Assembly: GCA_963843975.1 (NCBI GenBank)
Contig: CAWJMG010000001.1
Location: 1,140,001-1,172,000, forward strand
Length of the DNA: 32,000 bases
Direction: 5' to 3'
Origin: an uncultured Actinomycetes bacterium
GTDB taxonomy: Bacteria > Actinomycetota > Actinomycetes > S36-B12 > CAIYMF01
The notes under the pieces were generated by a model. It did no database searches, was not told where the DNA came from, and saw only the letters and a list, made by a program, of their open reading frames with translations. The translations under genes were made by a program, and so were the position numbers. The number at the start of each line of letters is the position of its first letter. The stretch's first letter is position 1. Below, piece after piece: positions 24,538 through 30,806 of this stretch.

Positions 24538-26049
24538 TCAGCTGGCCTTGACGACGGGCGGCTTGGGGAAGGCCCACGCGAAGTTCGTGGCGTCCTGACC
24601 CATCTCCTCGGGCGAGATCCCCATGTACTGCAGCCCACCCATGAGGTCGGGCGGCTGGATCATGCCCGCGAGGAACCGGTCGATCAGGTTGAGGTGGCCC
24701 TGGAACCGCGCCGGCTGGCTCTGGAAGATCCACTTGCACGGCTCGCTGCAGAAGCTGTACTTCCGGCCGTTGTGAACGAGCAGGAAGGGCTTCGGAGAGT
24801 CGAGGTGCCCCATGAGGAAGCCGGCCGGGTTGCACAGCGGGATCTGGCACATGTTGCAGACCATCGGCAGAGTCTCGGGCAGCGTGTTCTCGATGCGGCC
24901 CGCTCGCGCGTTCTCACCGATGACGTCCCAGATCTTGCCGAAGCTGTCGTTCCAGCCGGGGTACTTCATCTCGAGCCAGTCGCGCTCGTCGGCGTCGACG
25001 CCGGCGTCGGGGTTCCACCACACCGTGGGACGCCAGAAGTACACGCCCATGTGCGTCGCGTGGTGGTACCAGTTGAGCTCCTTGAGGAAGTGCGACTCCC
25101 AGTACCACGGGCGCTCGAGCCCGAAGTCGCGGAACTGGTCGGTGAACTGCTTGATGATGAACTCGTTCATGAACTCGCCGAACGAGTGCGAGCGGCTCTC
25201 GAGCGGCGTGTAGTAGTCCATCGAGGCGCCGGTGAGCAGCGCGAAGATCTTCCACGAGCGCCAGAACATGTGGTCGATCAGCTGCTGGGCCTCCTCCTTC
25301 TTGCCGGCGGCCAGCAGGATCTTCATGGTCGGCTCGCCCTGCTGCGCGTGCCGTGCCTCGTCGGTCTGGATGCTGGAGATCAGCGAGCTGAAGTCGAGGT
25401 CGCCGACCTGCATGGCGTCGGCGGCCATGCCGAGGAACTGCAGGTTGGAGAAGCCGGTCTCGAACGTGAAGGTGAGCTGCAGCGCCATGCTGACCGCGTC
25501 GTTCGCCGTGAACATGTCGTCGAAGAGGTGGCGTGCGGCGATCGCTCCCCACTCGTTCGTGTGCATCGCCTTGTGCGCCCAGTCGGCGCGCGGCTCACGC
25601 GAGAGCAGGCCGTGCGGGAAGTAGGTCTGGATCTGGCCGTGCCGCGTCTCGTCGAGGCACCCGTAGGTCGCCATGTTGCGCCAGGCCGCCGCACGGCCGA
25701 AGCGCGCCATGCGCGCCTCGCCGATCCCGGCGGTGTACTCCGGCACTGCGATCGCGCCGTAGTGGGCGAGGATCGCGGCCTTCCAGCCCGGGTCGAGGTT
25801 GTCGAACAGCTTGGACCGGTTGACCACCTGGTTCACGGCGTAGACGGACTCGTCCTTGCCGGTCTGGTTGTGCACGTACTCGGGGTAGGTGATCTTGTAC
25901 GGCTCGTCCCACGACCACCAGCTCTAGGTGGGGATGCCGAGGCTGTGCGAGAGGTCCTCGGGGTAGACCTGCTCCTCGGCGACGTACGTGAAGTTCCAGT
26001 TCATGTCGCGCGTGAGGTCGTACCAGTCCGAGCGGGGCAGCTGGGGCAT
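24538..26049 (-). pseudogene. Soluble di-iron monooxygenase alpha (hydroxylase) subunit, TmoA/TouA/IsoA-like, with an in-frame TAG at codon 42
   Basis: - **Intact part:** track ORF 24538..25875(-) covers residues 59-503 and has both di-iron motifs (LDETRHG, QTDEARHAQ).
- **N-terminus:** manual translation from the ATG at 26049 (GGGAG 6 nt upstream) gives MPQLPRSDWYDLTRDMNWNFTYVAEEQVYPEDLSHSLGIPT*SWWSWDEPYKITYPEYVHNQTGKDE.
- **Comparison:** this is collinear with TmoA as I recall it (MAMHPRKDWYELTRATNWTPSYVTEEQLFPERMSGHMGIPLEKWESYDEPYKTSYPEY).
- **Stop codon:** it is cta on the plus strand at 25924-25926. Confidence 0.85.
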
Positions 26050-26076
26050 TGCACGCTCCCGGTGATGCTGACGACG

Positions 26077-26094
26077 CCATGACGTCCGTCATGG
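26077..26094. promoter_or_regulatory. Perfect palindrome CCATGACG-TC-CGTCATGG, 28-45 nt upstream of the alpha-subunit start
   Basis: Read directly. It is either in the 5' UTR or an operator. Confidence 0.4.
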
Positions 26095-26114
26095 GTGTCG
26101 GGATCGTGCACCCG

Positions 26115-26132
26115 CGCTGACACCGGTCAGCG
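26115..26132. promoter_or_regulatory. Palindrome CGCTGAC-ACCG-GTCAGCG upstream of the monooxygenase operon
   Basis: Read directly. It is the second inverted repeat in the 190-bp gap between the 141-aa ORF and the alpha-subunit gene. Confidence 0.35.
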
Positions 26133-26239
26133 AATACGTTCCATTCAGCGGGACGACGCGCGGGAAACGCGATGGCGACTTCCTCCGTGCGTGCCACGCC
26201 CAGGTGGCAGGGATCAACTAGGGCCCGAGATCGCCCTCG

Positions 26240-26665
26240 TCAGTAGTGGAACGGGCGCGGCGGCGCGGGCAGCGCGGCGCGCGGGCAGCTGTCGAGCGTC
26301 AGCAGCGCGGGACGCAGCGCCTCGTCGCAGAGCGCACCGACGGTCCAGCCGAGCTCGCTGCCGTGGGCGCTGATCGTCACGCGGTAGAGCGTGATGTCGT
26401 AGCGCGAGGGGACGCCGTACAGCACGTGGATCGATCCGACCGGGATCGCGTCGCCACGGTCGCCGGGCGACAGCCACGGCCGGTCGTAGCGCGTCCAGGC
26501 ACCGGTCGCGACGTCCCAGACCCCGTGGTGACGGACGTCGGCGGCCGAGAGGCTCGCAATGACCGCGTGGCCCGGCTCCTCACCGAGGACAGCGGCCGGA
26601 GTGATCACCTCGGTGACCCCGCCATGGTCGTAGAGCTCGGTGATGAACGTCTCGATGGTGGTCAT
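26240..26665 (-). CDS. Hypothetical protein (141 aa), no family recognised
   Basis: Lies inside track ORF 26240..26842(-), with the internal ATG at 26665 (MTTIETFITELYDHGGVTEV...). Composition is balanced, unlike the Arg/Pro-rich shadow frames. It has the same orientation as the monooxygenase operon and sits directly upstream of it. Confidence 0.6.
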   Translation of the reverse strand: MTTIETFITELYDHGGVTEVITPAAVLGEEPGHAVIASLSAADVRHHGVWDVATGAWTRYDRPWLSPGDRGDAIPVGSIHVLYGVPSRYDITLYRVTISAHGSELGWTVGALCDEALRPALLTLDSCPRAALPAPPRPFHY

Positions 26666-27123
26666 GGCGTGCTCCCGATGGATGACGACGAGTGCGATGA
26701 CAGATGACGGGTCGGGCGGAGATGAAGGCGGTGCGGGTCGAGCGGTGGTGCCGGCGGCGGCGCTGGGGGCCGGGATGGAGTGCCCACCCGGTTCATGAGG
26801 AGGTGACGCGAGAAGACCCAGCGCCGCCACCGGTGGTCCCACGAAGCGGACGACGGCCCTGCCGGGACGCCGACGGCCTCATGACAGTGCACCGGAGATC
26901 GCCTGCCCCGCTGGCACGGGAGAGGTTCTTGCCGCTGCTGTTCATGACGCCGACCTCGTGGTGATGACGGACACCCCCGCAATCGCGCTGCGTGCCCGTG
27001 AGGTCACGGCACCGGCCTACGTGCACCCGTTCGGCCCAGTTGGCACGAACTCCGGACGCGCGTGACTCGGGTCCGGGCGGCGGACGGGCTGCGGGAAAGC
27101 GGCTAGCCGCGAGGGAGATGGCG

Positions 27124-27166
27124 CACCTGGGTGGCGCACCCCCGCAAAGGGAGCGCCACCCAGGTG
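27124..27166. promoter_or_regulatory. Perfect 14-bp GC-rich stem-loop (cacctgggtggcgc / gcgccacccaggtg, 15-nt loop), function unknown
   Basis: Read directly. It lies in the 830-bp gap between the 141-aa ORF and the ECF sigma gene and has no U-tract on either strand. Confidence 0.5.
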
Positions 27167-27497
27167 GCGGGGCCGGCCGGCGGGAGGTGAGGGCCCGCGT
27201 GGCCGACCGAGCCGGCGACCGGGTGGGACGACCGATCGCCGACGTCGCGCTCGTGCAGTTGGCCGACGCCCCCGCGCTGACTGCCTGCTGCCGAGCTGCT
27301 CACCCCTGTCATCGCTACCTGTGCCCGCGCGGTCACGGGAGCGGCGCGTATTCACCCGTATGCCGTAACGGATTCCGGCTCCTTGGCCACCCAGCCGATC
27401 CTCGTGCCGCCCCCCGGGTGACCTCACCTCCGACCGGCTCCAGACCCGCGCGCGAGGCGACGATGCTGAAGGGACTCACGACGAGGGGACGACGGCG

Positions 27498-28190
27498 ATG
27501 GGCTGGACGGCGCGCGCACGGCGCGACGCGGCACCCTCGCACGACCTCGACGCGTGGGTGACCGCAGCCCGCGCGGGTGATTCCCAGGCCTTCGGCTGGA
27601 TCTGGCAGGCGCTCTCGCCCCGGGTCAACGGCTACCTGCGCGCCCGCGGCGTCGCCGCGTCCGACGACGTCACGAGCGAGGTGTTCCTCGCAGCGTTCAC
27701 CTCGATCGGGACCTTCACCGGCGACGCGGCGGCGTTTCGCTCGTGGCTGTTCACCATCGCGCACCACAAGGCCGTCGACGTCCAGCGTCGCAAGGTCGAC
27801 GACGCCGAGTACGTCCCCGAGTCCGACCCGCGTTCGAGCGCCAGCGCCGAGGACGACGCGCTCGGCGAGATCGTCGACGCCGACGTGCGCGCGATGCTCG
27901 AGGCGCTCACGCCCGAGCAGCGCGAGGTGCTGCTGCTGCGCACGATCGGCGACCTGTCGGTCGAGCAGGTGGCCGAAGCCACCGGGCGCACGGTGGGTGC
28001 CGTCAAGCAGCTCCACCACCGCGCCGTCGCAGCGGCCCGACGCGCAGCCGAGAGCCGTACGGCCGAGGCCGTCGTGGCCGCCGACCGGGGCGCTCCGGAC
28101 CGTCCACCGGCCCGCCGCGGTGCCCCCGACCGCGCCGGACAGGGCCGACCGCCCGACGCACGCGTGAAGGCTGCGCTCGAGCACCCGTAA
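27498..28190 (+). CDS. ECF-type RNA polymerase sigma-70 family factor
   Basis: Track ORF 27498..28190, with GAGGGGA 8 nt upstream. Region 2 is FGWIWQALSPRVNGYLRARG...SWLFTIAHHKAVD. Region 4 is LTPEQREVLLLRTIGDLSVEQVAEATGRTVGAVKQLHHRA. A ~45-aa Arg/Pro/Ala-rich C-terminal extension follows. Confidence 0.88.
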   Translation: MGWTARARRDAAPSHDLDAWVTAARAGDSQAFGWIWQALSPRVNGYLRARGVAASDDVTSEVFLAAFTSIGTFTGDAAAFRSWLFTIAHHKAVDVQRRKVDDAEYVPESDPRSSASAEDDALGEIVDADVRAMLEALTPEQREVLLLRTIGDLSVEQVAEATGRTVGAVKQLHHRAVAAARRAAESRTAEAVVAADRGAPDRPPARRGAPDRAGQGRPPDARVKAALEHP

Positions 28191-28224
28191 CCCGCGGGGC
28201 TCCCGAACCGATAACGGAGACGTG

Positions 28225-29007
28225 ATGAGCAGGATGACTCCCCACGGAGTCGAGACGATGCTCCGGACCTGGGCCGACGCCCAGGTGCCGGTGGCGTCGC
28301 CTGCGCTCGCGTCGTTCATGGGTCCCCTCGTCCCCCTCCCCGCCCTCGCGATCTCGGGGGCCCAGATCGGCGGCGCCGTGCAGGCCGCGATCACGACCAA
28401 GGTGATCATCGGCGTCACCGCGATCGCCGTCACCGGCGCGGCCGTGGCCGGCGTGAACCACCTGCGCAACTCCAGCAGCGAGGTGCCCCGCCCGCCGGCG
28501 TCCAACGCACCGCTGGTCCCGGGCGCTGGTGCCCCGTCCGAGGCGCCCACCGTCGTCTCGCCCAGCACGAGCGCGCCCGCCGAGTCCGAGAGCCCGGAGC
28601 CCGAGAGCACCCGGCCGGAGGCCACCGAGCCCGAGGCTCCGGCAGCAGAGAACCCAGAGCCCACGCGGTCTCCTGCCCCGCGGGAGCAGTCGACCACCAG
28701 CCCCACCGACGACGGCCACCACGACGGCAACGAGGGCCACCACCCGACGCCGACCAGGACGTCGGAGGACGACGGCGACCACCACGGCGACGAGAGCCAC
28801 AGCCCGGAGCCGAGCACCACGCCGTCTGAGCCGGTCGACGCGAGCCCCGCGCCGACCTCCGAGCGGACGACGAGCCCGGCGCCGCAGCCCACGCCGTCGA
28901 GCTCGGGCAACGGCAAGGGCCCCCACAAGGACGACGACGGCGGGCACGACAAGGGGCCGGGCAAGGGTCCCCACAAGGACCACGACGACGGGCACGACAA
29001 GGACTAG
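28225..29007 (+). CDS. Single-pass membrane protein with a Pro/Ser/Thr/Glu-rich linker and a His/Asp/Lys-rich C-terminal tail. An anti-sigma role is possible from its position only.
   Basis: Track ORF 28222..29007, with ATG at 28225 and GGAGA upstream. It has a ~55-aa N-terminal region, then the TM segment VIIGVTAIAVTGAAVAGV. The tail then contains DDGHHDGNEGHH, DDGDHHGDESH and GKGPHKDDDGGHDKGPGKGPHKDHDDGHDKD. Confidence 0.75.
   Translation: MSRMTPHGVETMLRTWADAQVPVASPALASFMGPLVPLPALAISGAQIGGAVQAAITTKVIIGVTAIAVTGAAVAGVNHLRNSSSEVPRPPASNAPLVPGAGAPSEAPTVVSPSTSAPAESESPEPESTRPEATEPEAPAAENPEPTRSPAPREQSTTSPTDDGHHDGNEGHHPTPTRTSEDDGDHHGDESHSPEPSTTPSEPVDASPAPTSERTTSPAPQPTPSSSGNGKGPHKDDDGGHDKGPGKGPHKDHDDGHDKD
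28912..29001 (+). repeat. Tandem duplication of a 42-bp unit (28912-28953 and 28960-29001) encoding GKGPHKD(D/H)DDG(G)HDK
   Basis: ggcaagggcccccacaaggacgacgacggcgggcacgacaag and ggcaagggtccccacaaggaccacgacgacgggcacgacaag are separated by gggccg. They lie inside the 3' end of the membrane-protein CDS. Confidence 0.8.
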
Positions 29008-29028
29008 CCGACCCGCTCGTGCGACTGC

Positions 29029-29215
29029 TCACGCCTCCACGGGCGCGTGCTGCTCGGCGCTCCGGCGGCCGGCATCGGCCGTCCGCGCGCGCAGGTCGAG
29101 CGGCAGCAGCACCTCGACGTCGGGTGCGAGCGCCAGCAGCTCGCGCACGGCGTCGTCGCCCTGCACGCAGGGTGACGCCGAGCCGGGCGATGCGACGTTG
29201 CCCACGGTTGGGCGG
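29029..29215 (-). pseudogene. Orphan C-terminal fragment of a YafY-type (HTH/WYL-family) regulator
   Basis: The 3' end of track ORF 29029..29790(-) reads ...DDAVRELLALAPDVEVLLPLDLRARTADAGRRSAEQHAPVEA*. This parallels the C-terminus of the intact regulator at 30807..31328 (DDDAVRELLALGPDVEVLLPVDLRAAMSELGRRIMSLHGG*). No HTH-encoding N-terminal part exists, because the upstream sequence is antisense to the CBS gene. Confidence 0.5.
29087..29160. repeat. Left copy of a 74-bp direct repeat (69/74 identical to 30856-30929)
   Basis: Hand alignment: gcgcgcaggtcgagcggcagcagcacctcgacgtcgggtgcgagcgccagcagctcgcgcacggcgtcgtcgcc versus the right copy, with 5 mismatches and no gaps. Confidence 0.8.
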
Positions 29216-29278
29216 ACCAGCGCACGGGTAGGAAGCCAGGCGCGACCCGCCGCGGGTCGCTCGAAGCCTGGAGGGCCG

Positions 29279-29710
29279 ATGAACGCACGTACCGTCGCCG
29301 ATGCCATGACCCGCGACCTCGTCACCGTCGACATCACCGACAGCGCCGAGGAGGCCGCGCGACTCATGCGCGCGAACGCCACCGGCGACGTCATCGTGAT
29401 GGACTCGGGGCGCCTCGCCGGCATCCTCACCGACCGCGACCTCGCGGTGCGCATCGTGGCCGACGGCCTCGACAGCCGCACCCGCGTCGGCGAGATCGTG
29501 CTGCGCGACGTCATCACCTGCCCGCCGGACGCCGACCTCGCGGACGCCGTGCGCCTCATGAAGCAGCACGACATCCGACGCCTCCCCGTCGTCGAGCGCG
29601 GCACCGCCGTGGGGATCCTCAGCCTCGGCGACCTCGCGCTCCTCACCGATGCCGGCGATCTGCTCGCCGACATCAGCGCCGCCCCGGACAGCGGCACTGG
29701 GAAGGACTGA
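29279..29710 (+). CDS. CBS-pair domain protein (143 aa; same size and layout as mycobacterial hypoxic response protein 1)
   Basis: Lies inside track ORF 28529..29710. The ATG at 29279 has GGAGGG upstream. It contains two CBS repeats (VMDSGRLAGILTDRDLAVR and VVERGTAVGILSLGDLA). Confidence 0.9.
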   Translation: MNARTVADAMTRDLVTVDITDSAEEAARLMRANATGDVIVMDSGRLAGILTDRDLAVRIVADGLDSRTRVGEIVLRDVITCPPDADLADAVRLMKQHDIRRLPVVERGTAVGILSLGDLALLTDAGDLLADISAAPDSGTGKD

Positions 29711-29713
29711 GCG

Positions 29714-30112
29714 ATGCCCGCCGACCGGATCGACCTGCCGTCGACGGTCCAGCGGTCACCGCAGCACGCGCAGGAGATCTTCGAGGCCACGCTGCGCTCG
29801 GCTATCGAGGAGTACGGCGAGGGCGAGCGCGCCCGACGTACGGCGTTCGCCGCGCTGAAGCACTCCTACGAGAAGGTCGGCGACCACTGGGAGCCCAAGA
29901 AGGAGAAGGGCCCGTCGGACGCCGGCGCCGTTCGACGCGGCCTGCCCACAGCCGGCGGCGTCGACGCGAACGCCTCGAAGTCCCACCTGCTCGACGTGGC
30001 CCGTCGGCTCGACGTACGAGGCCGCACCCGGATGACCAAGGACGACCTCGTCGAGGCCATCCGGAGGGCGAACGACCGCGAGACCCGCCATGCCCGTGAA
30101 GCCGGCCGCTGA
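29714..30112 (+). CDS. ChaB-family protein with a C-terminal Rho_N-like helical domain
   Basis: Track ORF 29714..30112, with GGAAGGA upstream. The ChaB pattern is LPSTVQRSPQHAQEIFEATLRSAIEEYGEGERARRTAFAALKHSYEKVGDHWEPK. The Rho_N-like tail is SKSHLLDVARRLDVRGRTRMTKDDLVEAIRRAN. Confidence 0.85.
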   Translation: MPADRIDLPSTVQRSPQHAQEIFEATLRSAIEEYGEGERARRTAFAALKHSYEKVGDHWEPKKEKGPSDAGAVRRGLPTAGGVDANASKSHLLDVARRLDVRGRTRMTKDDLVEAIRRANDRETRHAREAGR

Positions 30113-30139
30113 GCCGCACCCACACGAACCGGAGAAACC

Positions 30140-30643
30140 ATGAACGTGCTCCAGAACGCCGCCGCGGCGGCCACGACCCTCCTGCCCGTCGACCAGGGGC
30201 GCGCGCTGCTCGTCGTGCCGGTGCGCCTCCTGCGCGAGGGCGCCGTGGCGGTGGCGCGCACCACGCGGCACTGGGAGCTCGTGCTCTCGGGACAGGCCGA
30301 CGTCGACCTGCGCGACGAGGCCCCCACCCCGTCAGAGCCCACCCGCCCGCGGCCGAGCACCGTCGCCAGCACCATCGGCGACGACGTCGTACCCGGCGTG
30401 CCCAGCTCGGGCACCGACGACCCGGCCACGACAGGGACCGATGAGCCGCCGACCGAGCCGCCGGCGGCGGACGACCTCGCGGTGGACGACTGGGCCGAGC
30501 TCTCCCTCGCCGACGCCCAGGCGCGCATCAGCGGCCTCGACGACGGCGACCTCCGCGCGCTGCTCGACTACGAGCGAGCGCACGGCCACCGGCCGCAGTA
30601 CACCCTCCTGCTCGAGCGCCGCCTCGAGCTGAACAACGCCTGA
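30140..30643 (+). CDS. Hypothetical acidic Pro/Thr-rich protein with a conserved-looking C-terminal helix (WAELSLADAQARISGLDDGDLRALLDYERAHGHRPQYTLLLERRL)
   Basis: Track ORF 30140..30643, with GGAGA 5 nt upstream. It is the third gene of the CBS/ChaB operon. Confidence 0.7.
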   Translation: MNVLQNAAAAATTLLPVDQGRALLVVPVRLLREGAVAVARTTRHWELVLSGQADVDLRDEAPTPSEPTRPRPSTVASTIGDDVVPGVPSSGTDDPATTGTDEPPTEPPAADDLAVDDWAELSLADAQARISGLDDGDLRALLDYERAHGHRPQYTLLLERRLELNNA

Positions 30644-30806
30644 GGCCGGCGCCTCACTGCTGGACGTCGTGCCTACGAGGTGCCTCCGGCGAGCCGCAGC
30701 CGCGCGAGCGGCAGGGCCAGCAGGGCCAGGGGCCTCACAGCAGGTCCTTCCTCTGGGAAGAACCCGTCGAGGACGAGCGAATGCACCGCCCCGGCCGAAG
30801 GCGCGA

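Noticed and set aside
25924-25926. Reading the in-frame TAG of the alpha subunit as programmed recoding (pyrrolysine or readthrough).
   Set aside because: There are no pyl genes or any other hint of such a system, and that system is not known in this kind of organism. The codon aligns with an ordinary Glu in homologues, so a point mutation or base-call error is far more likely.
26186-26210. A sigma-54-type promoter suggested by TGGCAC on the minus strand upstream of the monooxygenase. NtrC-family/sigma-54 control is common for proteobacterial toluene/phenol monooxygenases.
   Set aside because: There is no TTGC element at the required 5-nt spacing. No enhancer-binding-protein gene is nearby, and high-GC Gram-positive bacteria are not expected to have sigma-54.
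26793-27400. Small ORFs in the 830-bp gap, for example MNSSGKNLSRASGAGDLRCTVMRPSA... (ATG near 26945, minus strand), and a Cys-rich stretch (LTACCRAAHPCHRYLCPRGHG) in the 26992..27561 frame that could be read as a peptide precursor.
   Set aside because: Third-position GC is markedly lower than in real genes here. RBS spacing is poor, translations are Arg/Gly-rich, and no modifying enzymes lie nearby. Coding potential is not supportable from the sequence alone.
27366-27400. An ECF-type promoter GTAACG...CGAT upstream of the sigma gene.
   Set aside because: The two elements are 25 nt apart, whereas ECF promoters need a spacer of about 16-18 nt. No GGAAC/CGTC-type pair with correct spacing was found by eye.
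4172-29000. Other very long shadow ORFs: 4513..6201(-), 4172..5197(-), 5709..6929(-), 15797..17653(+), 17690..19027(+), 19601..21667(-), 24418..26082(+), 27333..29000(-), 28003..28995(-), 29029..29790(-), and the N-terminal parts of 9643..12444(+) and 11676..13382(+).
   Set aside because: All are antisense to, or out of frame with, genes that carry clear family motifs. Their translations are dominated by Arg, Pro, Gly, Asp and His runs with no recognisable domains and no sensible RBS.
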